Assembly (NCBI GenBank): GCA_964016885.1
Contig: OZ024741.1
Span: 19,220,001-19,284,000, forward strand
DNA length: 64,000 nucleotides
Reading direction: 5' to 3'
From: Eledone cirrhosa
Lineage: Eukaryota
Made by a program: the position numbers and the translations under genes. This document shows positions 1-14,339 of this stretch, in pieces. The notes below the pieces were generated by a model that ran no database searches, was not told the origin of the DNA, and was given only the letters and a program-made list of their open reading frames with translations. Within the stretch, counting starts at the first letter, position 1. The number at the start of each line of letters is the position of its first letter.

Positions 1-456
1 ACTTGGCCTTCCTGAAGCGAGTGTGAGCACACAATGCTGCTATTGCTGTTTCCCCCCCTCCTCCTCTTCCTCCTCTTCTTCAATTACTTCCAGTTAACTC
101 AACACTACCACTACCACCACTACCGTACAGCTACCCACCATTCCCTGTCATTTGAAAAGGGTATCTCTTCTGTTATTACTATGGTGGTGGTGGTGGTTAG
201 ACGTGATGCTGGTTGGTAGGTGGTTCTCTTTCTCTATCTTGTTGGCAGTATGAGGTGAGAGAGAGAGAGGGAAGAGGACCGGAAGAGAGTGAGACACACA
301 TTATGTTTCTCTTTTAGATTCTCTCTCTTGCCCAACTTTCATAGTTCAATCATAAAAAAGATTAGAAGTAATTTTAAAATTTAAGAATTAATGAAATAAA
401 TAAATAGAAGAATAAAGAAATTTGTTGAACTTGAAAAATAAATTTAGAAAAGTATT

Positions 457-2034
<1,578 letters not shown>

Positions 2035-3565
2035 TGCCACACACATATCTGAAGGAAAGAAAGAATGAAAAAATGTGAGAAAAAAGAATGGAAGGAAGGA
2101 GTTTGTCCAAATTCTTGGAAATGGGAAGAAACAAAGAAAAATATACTAATGAAAAAAAACAAACATTTTTTATGAAACAATTTGAACACATGCAACAAAA
2201 TCTAGATATGCCCCACCCCACAGTTTCTCCATACCACCACCATCACTAACATCAACAACAAAACCTTGCAATTATTTAAAGAATCTTCTATGAATGTCAA
2301 TAACTACATTTACCGAAAGACGTATAGCAAAGAAATGTTTTAATTCTTAAGAGGAACAAAACTATTTGCTCTACCTCTCTCCATCTTTACCCTCTGAAAA
2401 TTCCATGTGTGTTTGGGTATATAATGTATACATACACATACAAATACACAAGTAGGCATGCAAACACACATGTTATATATATATATATATATGTAATAGA
2501 CATATATATATATTTATGTGCATAGATATATATTTAATAGACATATATGTATATATGCACACATATACATACAAATACACATGTAGACACACACACATAT
2601 ATATACACACACATTTATGCATGCATGTGTGTGTTTGTGTGTATATATATATATATATATATGTATACACAACTGATCTTGTGTCATTTGAATAAAACGA
2701 AATAAAAATGGGAATTGAGAAATAAAAAAAAAATGTTTTAAAAATAAGTAATAAAGAATTGTTTAAATATAAAAAAAGACAAATGAGGAAGAATGGAATG
2801 GAACTGAAAATGTATGTGGAAAGGTAAAATATATAAATATATATAAAACATATCAGGCTGGATATATTTCTTGTCACTTGGAATCGAAAGATGATTGTAA
2901 GAAAATATGGACATGAAATAGATATATATATATATGTGATGTTTTGAAGATTTTATCAGATAGAATTGGACTTGAAATGAAGATGATGGCAGTGATGATG
3001 ATGGTGGAGATGCCAATGTTGTTAACAATAATAATAATGGTGGTGTGATAAAAAGTAATAAAATCTGTCTTCTGTTGTAATTTGAACCTGAACTGGTTTG
3101 GTTTACTGACCAATTGGTCACCATAAGTCAAGGTCGGCTTTTTAGTTTGTCTCATGTATGACCTCTTCTCCCAACAGATCAACAGATGAGTGCTGTAGAG
3201 TTGATGTCAGGCAAGTAGATCCAGAGAAGATTATATATATACACACACACACACATATATATATACACATACATACATGTGTATATATATATATATATAT
3301 ATATACATATGGTTCTGATCTAATGATCATATTAGTCCACAAGAGGATGAACTCAATATTTATAATAGAGAAAATATATAAGTTTATTCATTTTCTTACA
3401 ACATAGGTACATAGCTATGTTTCAGCAAAGTGGTTGTTCTTGGAGTCACTTCTGATGAAGATTAGTGAACACTTATTTTGCCAAAACATTGTAGCTATGT
3501 TGTAAGAAAATGAATAATCCAACTTATATATATATGTGTGTGTATGTATATATATATATAAATGA

Positions 3566-3601
<36 letters not shown>

Positions 3602-4086
3602 ATCATCATTTAACAGCCATTTAAATGATGTTGATGATAATATAGATATTGTAATGTGTGTGTGTATGAGTTGATGGATGTGATTGGTGACCAGTCGTTT
3701 TGTTGAGGCCTGTGACCAGCATTTTGTTTTTTGCAATAATTTCTATGTTCAGCTGTCCTATGACTCCCCCTACCACCTCTGTATGTGTGAATTTCCCTCG
3801 ATGTGGTCTCTAGCTATCTAACCAGGGTGATTGTCTCTCTCATTCTTTATTGCTGATATGTCTGTTTCTCTGTTAATATAGTAACATTTCACCCCAATAT
3901 TTGTAACACCCAACCAATGTCTTGCTATTACAGGCTGTTTTTATTACTGTTGTTGTTGGTGTAGTGTTATTGTTACTGATGGTTGTGGTGGTGTTTTTGT
4001 TATTGATGGTTGTGGCGGTGGTGGTGGTACTGTTGTTGTTAGTGGCTGAGAAAAGGCATAGGGGTAGTAGTAGTAATAGTACAAAT

Positions 4087-4400
4087 AATAATTGTTTCTA
4101 CTTTAGGCACAAGGCCAGCAATTACCCAGTACATTACTGGTACTTTATTTTATCAACCCCATAAGGATGAAAGGTAAAGTCAACCTCGGCGGGATTTGAA
4201 CTCAGACTGTAAAGGGACGTAACTATGCTGGAAAGCATGGCGTCCGACCCTCTACCGATACTGCCAATCCCCCACCCTAGCATGGCGTCCGACCCTCTAC
4301 CGATACTGCTAATCCCCCACCCTAGCATGGCGTCCGACCCTCTACCGATACTGCCAATCCCCCACCCTAGCATGGCGTCCGACCCTCTACCGTTACTGCC
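4087..4400 (-). mobile_element. tRNA-derived SINE family 1 (MetaSINE-like central domain) with tandemly amplified head
   Basis: Reverse complement of the recurring consensus TTGGCAGTATCGGTAGAG..GAGTTCAAATCC..GCCTTTCATCC..GGGGTCGATAAAATAAAGTACCAG..AGTAGAAACAATTATT, with A/B-box-like motifs. Assignment to MetaSINE is from recall only. Confidence 0.85.
4234..4400. repeat. 45-bp tandem repeat (~3.7 copies) of the SINE head
   Basis: AGCATGGCGTCCGACCCTCTACCGATACTGCCAATCCCCCACCCT repeated. Confidence 0.92.
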
Positions 4401-4861
4401 AAAAATAATAATGATAGTAAATTCCAATTTAATGTGTGAGGATGTGAATGATTATTAATTAATTTTCATAACGTCTAATTAATTATTGGTAATTTTGATT
4501 ATATGTAAAACAGATACAGACATATAACATTGAAATAAAAGTGACATGGGGGAGGGGAATAGATTAACTTTAGCAGAACACAAATATTTTAATAATTAAT
4601 AACTAATTAAAATTATATAATGAAGATTTAAGAACAAAAATTAATTAAATACATAAACTCATATAATTCCATGTTTTCATCGGCCCCTTGATTAGTTTCT
4701 TATAACTAACCCCAGCATGACCACCACTGGTCATGGCAAAGAACATTTAAATATGTGGGTATATGTGAGGGGGTTTTGAAAAGTTCCTGGCTTTGGGTAA
4801 AAGAAAATACTGCTTCTTCTTTCTGAGAGGGTTGTGAGGTCATTGTCCTCAAATACTTCAA

Positions 4862-5045
4862 GTGGGTCCTGTCAGAAGACCAATCTCATGGATGTTATCC
4901 AACCATCTTGCTTGGCTTCTACCTCTGGGTCTCCTGCCGGTTGGTTTTGCCCATAAAATCTGTTCAGTGAATCTTTCCAGACACATTCTAACCACATGCC
5001 CGTAGTATTGGAGCTACATAGATATGCAACATATCTCCTCTCAGA
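4862..5045 (-). mobile_element. RTE-clade LINE ORF C-terminal fragment
   Basis: Translates to LQYYGHVVRMCLERFTEQILWAKPTGRRPRGRSQARWLDNIHE, matching the (Y/F)GHxxRM...GxRxRGRP...W motif. Overlaps a related fragment at 13403-13560. Confidence 0.8.
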
Positions 5046-5534
5046 TTCACACACTTATTGCAGCAGTCCTTCAGTTTTTCTAAGCCATATAAAAAGAGCT
5101 ATGAAGGTTGGGCCTCTGTGATACCCTTAAAGCTAGCAACTTTTCAGCATCCCCTTGTAGTTGCTAGGAATGATAATAATAATAATTATAATTAACAGAA
5201 TTGTTAGTGCCAGATAAAATACCTTGTTACATTTTGTTTGGCTTTTTAGATTCTGAGTTCAAATCCCAGTGTGGGGTTGATAAAATTAAGTACAAGTCAA
5301 TCGCAGGGTAGATATAATCAATGTGCCCCCTACCCACAAATTGCTGGCCTTGTGCCTAAATTAGAAATCATTATTAGCAGTAAGGTAACAATTCCTACTT
5401 TCAACAGTTTCTCATTATACACACATCCCATATATATATACACACACATGCACATATTCCACATACATGATTATGTACATATGTTCAGATACATGTACAC
5501 ACACACATATATATATATATATGTGTGTGTGTGT

Positions 5535-5718
5535 CCTGGGTTCAATCAGGGGTAACCACAGTAAGTAAGGTACTCAATACATAGAGTATATATAATGTTT
5601 TATATAGAAATGGTTTCTACAGTACTAGAACTGTTTCATTCAAAGGAAATCAAGGATTTCCTTCGAATGAAACATTACTAGTCCTGTAGAAGCCATTTCT
5701 ATATTAAACATTATATAT
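5535..5718. mobile_element. Fold-back element family A (hairpin 5587-5718) with hammerhead 3'-half
   Basis: Imperfect ~64-bp inverted arms around AAG at 5652-5654. The unique tail GGTAACCACAGTAAGTAAGGTACTCAATAC is shared with 59067-59190. Flanked by microsatellite. Confidence 0.75.
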
Positions 5719-5763
5719 ATATATATATGCACACACACACATGATTATGTACATATATATATT

Positions 5764-5913
5764 TATTTAATTACATAATAAACAACACAATATAATTATT
5801 CCATTACCAAAGGTTTCAAGAAACCAGACGATTCTTCTGTAAGGATCGTCTGGTTTCTTGAAACCTTTGGTAATGGAATAATTATATTGTGTTGTTTATT
5901 ATGTAATTAAATA
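5764..5913. repeat. Perfect 69-bp-arm inverted repeat (fold-back element)
   Basis: 5764-5832 is the exact reverse complement of 5845-5913, with a 12-nt spacer. Confidence 0.95.
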
Positions 5914-5967
5914 GCTCTGTACTATACATAGAACACTCTTCTTTCCTTTACCTTTTCTACAGAAATA

Positions 5968-6003
<36 letters not shown>

Positions 6004-6614
6004 ACTTTGATAGGTTTCGGCCAGTATTGGCCCAGGCCATGCCTAACTTCATAGCACCACTTGGCTATACTATATATATATATATAGTATATTTGTGTAT
6101 GCATATATATAGTATGTGTGTATGTTTTGGGGAAAAAAAGAGACAAACATGAATATTAAGTATATAATTATGTTGTTGGAGTAAGGGGAGAGGACTTTAA
6201 GCCAATTTGTTGTTTTATGTTAAAAGACCCTTATTGTAATTATTTTCTGTTAATTTTGTTTTCCATTTACAAAAGTTGTTATACATCTTGTTTTTGTTAT
6301 GTGATTTTTTAATTCTTAAACCGTTTCTTAATTAATTGATTAATTAAATTAAATATTTACCTCTTGTAATATTCTTCTTTTGATATTTTTAATATTATTT
6401 TGTGGGGCAAAGGTCATGGGTGAGCTTTCTGGATGGGGATTATGAATTATTTCCAGAAGTTGTTGGTTTGGCAGTGCTACAGAAGATGTCTTATCTGGAT
6501 AAATCCTACAAGTCTTTCCTGCCCCAAACATCAGCCCTCTAGAATTCCTTCCCTCCTTATATCTTTCCAACAGGTATTTGCTTGTAACAGTTTAACCATT
6601 TGTGACCATATTTC

Positions 6615-6775
6615 TCATGAAATAATAATAATAATGAAATTATTGTGTACAGTGCTCAGGTGCACTACAACTCATCAAAGGTGCATGTATAGTCATTAGA
6701 ATAATATACAAATGTCAGGGAAGTGAATAGTATATGAGTCATGATATACGTGTGTGCGTGTGTATGGAGGGGGAA
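6615..6775 (-). mobile_element. CR1/L2-like LINE 3' UTR fragment
   Basis: Reverse-complement match to 8320-8450, including the (TTA)n tail. Confidence 0.7.
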
Positions 6776-7657
6776 TATTACTTTTTATCCATTTATAAAT
6801 ATACTCTTTTATCCAAACAACTAATTTTGAGGGATTTATTGAAATTGTTGATTATTCCATTTCCAATATAGTAACTTAATATATGATTCCAATTATGTTG
6901 GCAGACTTTAACTTAAGTTGGAAACCTTTAGAATGGGTGGTTTTGTTTCATAGATCCAGAGCTGGTTTGGGTTGGGATGGTAAAATAGTAATTTAATGTA
7001 AGGTTCTTTGATAAAATTATGTTGCAAGATTTTAATTTAAGTTGGAAACCTTTAAAATGGGTGGTTTTGTTTCATAGACCCAGAGGCAGGTTTAGTCAGG
7101 TTGATATAAAAAATGTTAACCCTTTTTATGCAAACAACCAAAACATTAAATGCATCAATATCTGCCATATGGGCGGAAGCAGGGCTATGAAGCCTGCCCG
7201 AAATGCATGCAGGATAATGAAATCATCCAGCATTCTCTCGTTAAATGTCTGTGCATTGTTAATTTAAGGATTAATTTTGAACAGCCAGGTGTGGGAGATT
7301 GATCCAACTATGATTAGCTGAGTCTATTGTGAAGATCAAATCATTCTCTTCTTTTAGCAAGGATTGTGGACAAAAGTCCTTTATCTGGTGACTATGATGA
7401 AGGAAATCGTGGGGTCAACATTGTTGAAATGTTTGAGGTAAAACTTTTCCTCCCAGGGAAAGTCCTCGTCAACATTTTCAATCACTTTATGCAAAGGAAA
7501 GTGAGGGTACAGAGGAGGTGTACTGCCTTACAGAAAATTTTATGAAAGGAGAGTGAGGGTGAAGGATCTCACATGTCTAAAATAGGTTACCCTAAATATA
7601 TAGCTTTAGATTGGTGGCAAGAACTGAGTGCAAACAACTCTGATGTATCAGGCTTGT

Positions 7658-7868
7658 GTATAGGGTAACCCAAACCACCCTACCAGGTTGCCTACTCCAT
7701 TATAAGGTAACCCAAACCACCCTACCAGGTTGCCTACTCCATTATAAGGTAACCCAAACCACCCTACCAGGTTGCCTACTCCATTATAGGGTAACCCAAA
7801 CCACCCTACCAGGTTGCCTACTCCATTATAAGGTAACCCAAACCACCCTACCAGGTTGCCTACTCCAT
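7658..7868. repeat. 42-bp minisatellite, ~5 copies
   Basis: GGTAACCCAAACCACCCTACCAGGTTGCCTACTCCATTATAR repeated. Confidence 0.95.
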
Positions 7869-8124
7869 ATTGAGATCTGTTGTGGTGTTCTATTTTGCTA
7901 TTCATTAACCAATTTGACACCAACCCACTTGATGCAAAACTGTTTATTTTCAAGTGTTTATATTTATCTAAAAAAAAAACTTCCATCAGAATTTTATGTA
8001 AGAACCTTTATGTTCCAAACACCAGCTTCATAATAGGAAGTTATATTACTAAATCCTTACAAATTTTTGATTATATTCAAAGTTATTTGAAAATCATAAG
8101 CAATGTCTTTCATTTAGAAATGAT

Positions 8125-8455
8125 CTCCATGTGTCTAACACACGTGGACATGCCTACAAAATCAGAAAACAGCACAGCTCCCATGACTTTCGTAAACATT
8201 TTTCGCGCTCAGAGTTGCTGAAGCATGGAACAAACTGCCTGCGTCAGTTGTTAGCTGCTGAGACACTGCATCCTTTAAAACCCTCATGCTTCCCGAAATA
8301 CGCCAAAACTACACCTGATGTACCCCTTCCATACACATGCACACGTGTATATCATGACTCATTTTCCTGACGTTTGTACATTACCCTATGTACTATACAT
8401 ACACTTTTTGATGAGTTGTAGTGCACACAATATTTCATTATTATTATTATTATTA
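8125..8455 (+). mobile_element. CR1/L2-clade LINE 3' end
   Basis: SNTRGHAYKIRKQHSSHDFRKHF, then a frameshift, then LRVAEAWNKLPASVV. This matches the TRGH...RV..WN.LP C-terminal motif. It is followed by a 3' UTR and a (TTA)n tail. Confidence 0.82.
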
Positions 8456-9660
8456 AAAGGGTTAAAATATTTATAATGTTGTCAATCTCCCACTTTTATC
8501 CCGTGTATGCTCCCCCTGTTTCTTGGTTCCTTCAGTACTCTCACCCAATGCCTTCAATCCTTGTGGCCAATATCAGAAATCATTACAATGATTATAAGGG
8601 GATTGGTAAAATCATTAAAGTGTTGAACAAACTGCTTTCTAGCATTTAATTGTGGCCCTTTACTTTCTGAGTTCAAATCCTGCAACGGTTTCTTTTTAAA
8701 GACCTACTTTAAGATGTTCTCTCTCCCTCTCAGACAGTGTGTAGTTAACATATTTGGTTGGTATCAGGCTTGTCCCTTTTTCCTGCTAACAGGTATGAAG
8801 AGAAGTTAGTTGATTAGTTTCTATTCTCCATAAAGTGTGGTTGATTGATAGAATTGGTAAAACATCAGATAAAATGCCATTATAGTTTTTGATCTGGTTC
8901 TTTAGATTCTGAATTCAAATCTTGCCACGGTCAGCTTCACCTTTCATCTTTCTGCTGGGGTCAGTAAAATAAGTACCAGTGAAATACTGGAGTCAATACA
9001 ATCAACATTCTCCTCCACACAAATTACAGACCTTGTACCTAAATTTGAATGCATTAAAATTAAAATATAATTATAAAATTGTAGTGTAGTAAAATAATTG
9101 GTAAGACACTAGACTAGATACCTTACAGTAGTTAGATTCATATAGTAACATTGAGTTGAAGCCCCTTTAGACTTCTCCATTTTGCCATCCATCTTGCCAG
9201 GAATCAGTAAAAATAAGTACCAGTCATATACTATGGTTTTGTAGCAATGAAGTTGCTATGATGACTTTTTTTTCCTTTTGTGTTGATCCAAGTTTCTGAG
9301 TTCAAATCCCTCCAGGAGAAGAAGGGATCTCCTTCATTGTCATCATCTGGTGGGTTGGCAATATCATTAGACCATCAGATATAATTGTTTCTACTTTTGG
9401 CACAAGGCCAGCAATTATCCCAGTGCATTACTGGTACTTTATTTTATTGCTCAAATGTTCCCTATTCTATAATTTCTGGTCCTGTCATTATATAAGGGAT
9501 CATTATTAATATTATTATTAGTGAATATCTGTATAATATTTAGTAACAGAATTTTACCTTGTGCATGTAAGCCCTACTAAGACTGACTTTTGGGGTCAAA
9601 ATAATTGTTCCCTCCACTTTGAGTTGTGCCTTGCTAAGAAATTATTATTATTATTATTAT

Positions 9661-10237
9661 AAGGGTGGTGGATTGGCAGTATCGGTAGAGGGTCGGACAC
9701 CATGCTTTGACGCATTGAGTTACAGCCCTTGCCATTCTGAGTTCAAATACCGCCGAGGTTAACTTTGCCTTTCATCCATACGGGGGTCGATAAAATAAAG
9801 TACCAGTAATGTACTGGGATAATTGCTGGCATTGTGCCAAAAGTAGAAACAATTATTATAAAGGTGGTGGATTGGCAGTATCGGTAGAGGGTCGGACGCC
9901 ATGCTTTGCAGCATAGAGTTACGCCCCTTTATGGTCTGAGTTCAAATCATGTCGAGATTCACTTTACCTTTCATCCTTGCGGGGTCGATAAAATGAAGCC
10001 AAAAGTAGAAACAATTATTATCATTATTATTATAAGGTTGATGGATTGGCAGTAGCGGTAGAGCATCAAACAACATGCTTAGTGGCATAGAGTTATGTCC
10101 TTTTACATTCTGTGTTCAAGTCCTGTCGAGGTTAACTTTGCCTTTCATCCTTATATAGTCGATAAAATAAAGTACCAGTAATACACTGGGTCGATTTAAT
10201 CAACTTCCCCTTTCCCCAAACCGTTGGTCTTGTACCT
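9661..10237 (+). mobile_element. Three tandem copies of SINE family 1
   Basis: Heads GGATTGGCAGTA(T/G)CGGTAGAG at ~9670, ~9870 and ~10043, each following the (TTA)n tail of the previous copy. Confidence 0.88.
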
Positions 10238-10409
10238 AAATTCGATTCTGCTTCTGTCTCCAATCAAGCAGAATGTCAACCTGAGGCAAAATTTGATAAT
10301 TACCCATTTTACAATCAATTGTCATAAGATGTGACAAGGGCTCAAACAACAGTAAATGTCTTTGTAAGGTTTTTAAATTAATAATACCCTTCTCATTATT
10401 ATCATTATT

Positions 10410-10600
10410 AGGGCAGTGAATTGGCAGTATTGGTAGAGGGCCGGACGCCATGCTTTCTAGCATTGTTACGGCCCTTTATGGTCTGAGTTCAAATCCTGCC
10501 GAGGTTAACTTTGCCTTTCATCCTTACGGGGTCGATAAAATGAAATACCAGTAATGTACTGGGTAATTGCTGGCCTTGTGCCTAAAGTAGAAACAATTAT
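10410..10600 (+). mobile_element. SINE family 1, full copy
   Basis: Full-length match to the family consensus. Further copies or fragments lie at about 5190-5375(+), 8840-9050(+), 14110-14235(-), 18225-18448(-), 24975-25190(-), 25318-25420(+) and 26205-26290(+). Confidence 0.88.
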
Positions 10601-10809
10601 TACCTGTGCAGTTTTTTAATGTTGCTGACCTTACCTTCAGTTATAGATTGACAGTAAGATCAGTACCAGTAATAGTCTAGTGTCAATGCAACTTACATTG
10701 AGTTTCTTCTGACTGAAAAAGTACTTCAGCTTAGTGATTCTGAAACTAGGAGTATAAAAAAAGTATGAGATGTGGTCACCTGGCCTATCTTGAAGGTCAA
10801 TAGCTCCAA

Positions 10810-11008
10810 TTAACCCTTTAGCATTTAAACTAGCCTTATCCAGCTAGAATTCTTTCACCTCTTTCTGTTCAACCTAGCTGTAACTGGCAGCTCATACTGA
10901 TGTTAAGGTATTGTTCTCAAAATAAATAACATCAAAATTTCATATGTAAAGCCTTTACCACAAAAATACAATAGAAAATATAGAATAATGTAAATGCTAA
11001 GTGGTTAA
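10810..11008. mobile_element. piggyBac-like MITE
   Basis: TTAA-CCCTTTAGCATTTA ... TAAATGCTAAGTGG-TTAA: imperfect TIRs with TTAA flanks. Confidence 0.65.
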
Positions 11009-11233
11009 GTACTGGCCTAGTCTATGGAAAAATGTAAGCACCCAACCCACACTGTAAAGTGGTCGTGTAGGTGACACAACAAAAAGCACCCTCACCGTAA
11101 ATGAGGTTAGCATTAGAAACCAAACCAAAATCAGCTCTGTATGAGCAAGACAGTCACTTGACCTGGCATTGCTCACAACAGGATAGCTTGTCTAACTGAT
11201 GCTAGCATGGAAAAATGGATGTTAAACAGTGAT

Positions 11234-11260
<27 letters not shown>

Positions 11261-11264
<4 letters not shown>

Positions 11265-11497
11265 GTAGAACACTGTAAGGTAATATCTGTAGTGGTAGAG
11301 CACTCAGTCCATGGGACAAGTTAGGTAGAAGTGGTAACACAACAGTTAGTTCACCATACCAAGAACAATTGTTTCGCTTTAGTGGATCTTCAGCTTGTAC
11401 TGGTCATGGTTATATGGATAACCATGACCAGTACGAGCTGAAGATCCACTAAAGTGAAACAATTGTTCTCGGTATGGTGAACTAACTGTTGTGTTAC
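11261..11497. mobile_element. Fold-back element family B (80-bp arms, 11334-11497) with hammerhead-like core in each arm
   Basis: Near-perfect palindrome centred on 11414-11417. It starts at (TA)n-GTGGTAGAACACTG. Siblings lie at 19663-19862 and 59230-59290. Confidence 0.85.
11431..11475 (+). ncRNA. Minimal type I hammerhead ribozyme-like motif (mirror copy on - strand at 11356-11400)
   Basis: CGAG-CTGAAGA-TCCACTAAAGT-GAAA-CAATTG-TT-CTCG: intact core, stem I CGAG/CTCG, palindromic loop 3. Stem II is weak. Confidence 0.55.
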
Positions 11498-12559
11498 ACA
11501 CACACATATATATATATATAGAAGTGGTAACTGGAGCAGTGCAGCATAAAGAAAATATAAGAGGGATGGGATTGAAACTCCTAGCCACATTTATGAATCA
11601 GAATACTCAATGTTTAGATAAAGGTGTGAGAGATGAAGCCAATACCTTGGACCAGCGACTGACCATTGGTTGACCATCATCACAACCTGGATAAATGTTT
11701 ACCCCTTTCATTGATATATCCTATTCCAAAGCCAGGTATGATGCTGTTGTTGTTTTACTTGTCTCTATGCCTCACTACCACTACTACTGCTATTACATTT
11801 TGTCCCATGCGACCAGACAAATCCTCACAAACACCTACTACCACCACCACCACCAATATTGCTACTGCTACTATCACCATCACCACTATTACTATCACCA
11901 CCACCACCACCACCAATATTGCTACTACTACTATCACCATCACCACCACCAATATTGCTACTATTAGTACTACTACTACTAGATGGTCAGAAGTTACCAT
12001 TTTTCTTTCACTGTTTGTTTATTGTTGTTGTTATTGTTTTTGTTTTGTTTTGTTTTTAAAATTCGTTTAATGATATGAAGATAATTGTTGAACTGAAAAT
12101 AAAAATAATAAATGAAATAAAGATAAATTAAAACAAAAAATATCTCCCTACCAATGAATGACTTTTTTTTTTTTTTTTTTTTTTTGCTTCTCTGTTATTT
12201 CATTTTTTACTGCCAAAATTCTTTTTTTATGAATATATATATATCATCATCATCGTTTAACGTCCAAGCGTGGAAGATGGACATTAAACGATGATGATGA
12301 TGATATATATATACACACAAATATATATTATGTTGGTACCACAAAACATCCAGTCCACACTGTAAAGTGGTCGTGTAAAAGACATACCATAAAGCACCCA
12401 GTCCCACACTGTAAATGTGGTTAGCATTATGAAGGGCATCCAGCTGTAGAAAACCAGCCAGAAACAGTACTATAAATGGGACAAACCTGTCTAACCCATG
12501 CTAGCGTGGAAGATAGATGTTAAACAATGATGATAATGATGATATATATTCATTCAACA

Positions 12560-12805
12560 TTCATCATCGTTTTTACATTTGTTTTTTCATGCTTGCATGG
12601 GTTAGACAGGACTTTCTCAACATAGCATCTCTCCACTTGTCAACTTGTCATCTCCTCTGCCAGTTGTAGTGATTTCAGGTCAACTCTCACAACCTCTGCC
12701 CTGGTTTTTCTTGGTCCTCCTCTACTGTGCATTTACTTGCACATCTTCACCCAACAATCGTTGTCCATGTGCATCATATGTCCAAACCAACGCAGTCTCC
12801 TGCAC
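12560..12805 (-). mobile_element. RTE-clade LINE 3' end
   Basis: RRLRWFGHMMHMD..., followed by the tail CTAACCCATGCAAGCATG..AACGATGATG. Confidence 0.78.
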
Positions 12806-13240
12806 ACCAACTTGAATTGATCTTCAAATAAACCTCATCTGGTAATTGCATGAGAGTATCTTGGTCAGCCTATGAACTTTTTAACCAACCCTCGTATTGC
12901 AAGCTTTTGGGCCAGATCTTTAGTTTGACAATACTGCCCTTTCTCTCCCTATTACTAGTCATGGAAGCCCTAGAAAGGATCATGGGCACAGCTAATCCCT
13001 CCTTAACTAAACAGTAAAAAGAAAGTATCAAGTACTCCAGCTGTTACTCATAACTTGAATCAATAGATTGAGTCACATTATGGATTCTTGAGGATCTGTA
13101 ATAACATTGATAGGTAAACCATTATATAGCAAACCATTTCTCTATTTCATGCAATACGTAACATTATGACTTTCTTTAGCTTTGTCAACGTACATTTAAC
13201 TACTATCACCAAAACATATTTCTGTTGATGTAATGGTCCT

Positions 13241-13721
13241 CTAACCCTTTCATCACTACTTCTAATGAAATACAGTCTATTTCAATTTGTTAATGAAGAA
13301 TTTTGAGGGATTTACTAAAATTATTAATTATTTCATTACTAAGATTATAACTTAATGTAAGGTTGTTATATAAAATTATGTTGGAAGATTTTAATTTAGT
13401 GGTAGACCCCGAGCAAGATGGTTGGATAACATCCATGAGCTTGGATGGTCTTGTTTGGGGATCCAGCCAGATCAGCTGGAGACAGTTGCTTCTGACAGGA
13501 CCTGGTGGAAGGAAGGTTTGAGGACTCTGCCCCGATGGCCCTCTTAGGAATAAGTGGGTGGAGAAGAAGGCAGTGTTAGAAATATGGTGAAATTTGAATA
13601 TTCCAGCATAATTTGTTACAAATACTATCTTAAGGAAATAATTAATAATTTTAGTAAATCCCTCCAAATTCTCCATTACATACAGTGTATGTCATTGGAA
13701 ATATGGTCAGAAAGGGGTTAA
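13241..13721. mobile_element. TTAA-type MITE ends (head-to-head) with a nested RTE fragment (13403-13560)
   Basis: CTAA-CCCTTTCAT... and ...GAAAGGGG-TTAA. Both flanks match the left end of the 26694-26933 element in opposite orientations. Confidence 0.6.
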
Positions 13722-14339
13722 ACTGGACTACAGAATATATACTGATCATAGGTCAGTTTGTGAAGGTACATGGTTTAGTGGTTATAGCATTGGGCTTGCA
13801 ATTGAAAGGTTGTGAGTTCAATTCTCAGACCGGATGATGTGTTGTTTCCTTGAGCAGGACACTTTATTTCACGTTGTTCCAGTTTACTCAGTTGTAGAAA
13901 TGGGATGATAGGACTGGGGTCCCTATCGTTAAATCACACAAGACACCTCCAACGAGATATACCTTGGAGGAGGCCAACTAAACCTGCATAGGTGTGAGCT
14001 GTAACACACATAGGTCAGTTAGTTGACCTGAGGCTAAAAAATAACAGTTGTTGGATTTTTAGTAATCTCACTCTCTTCATAAATTATATGGAGAATAAAT
14101 CTTGATTTCTATTTTAAACACAAGACCAACAATTTTTTGGAGGGTGGGGGGAGTGATGAAATCAACTCATGACTTGATAGATACTTTATTTTATTGACCC
14201 CAGTATTTCACTGGTACTTATTTTATCGACCCCAGAAAACTTACAACTTCTACAAGGACGCATAAATTGGTTAAATAAATAGCTTCCACAACAACACATT
14301 ATATAAAGAATGAAAAATATACACACAAATAATATATAC

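Noticed and set aside
1-300. Possible coding exon at the window start
   Set aside because: Stops interrupt the plausible minus frames and the plus ORF is low-complexity. It may be UTR, but this cannot be supported.
3452-3495. Other CTGATGA/CTGAAGA hits as hammerheads (also ~19224, ~20019, ~60838)
   Set aside because: No paired stem II or stem I, and no correctly placed GAAA.
9661-10600. tRNA genes
   Set aside because: The A/B-box-like heads continue into SINE bodies and do not form cloverleafs.
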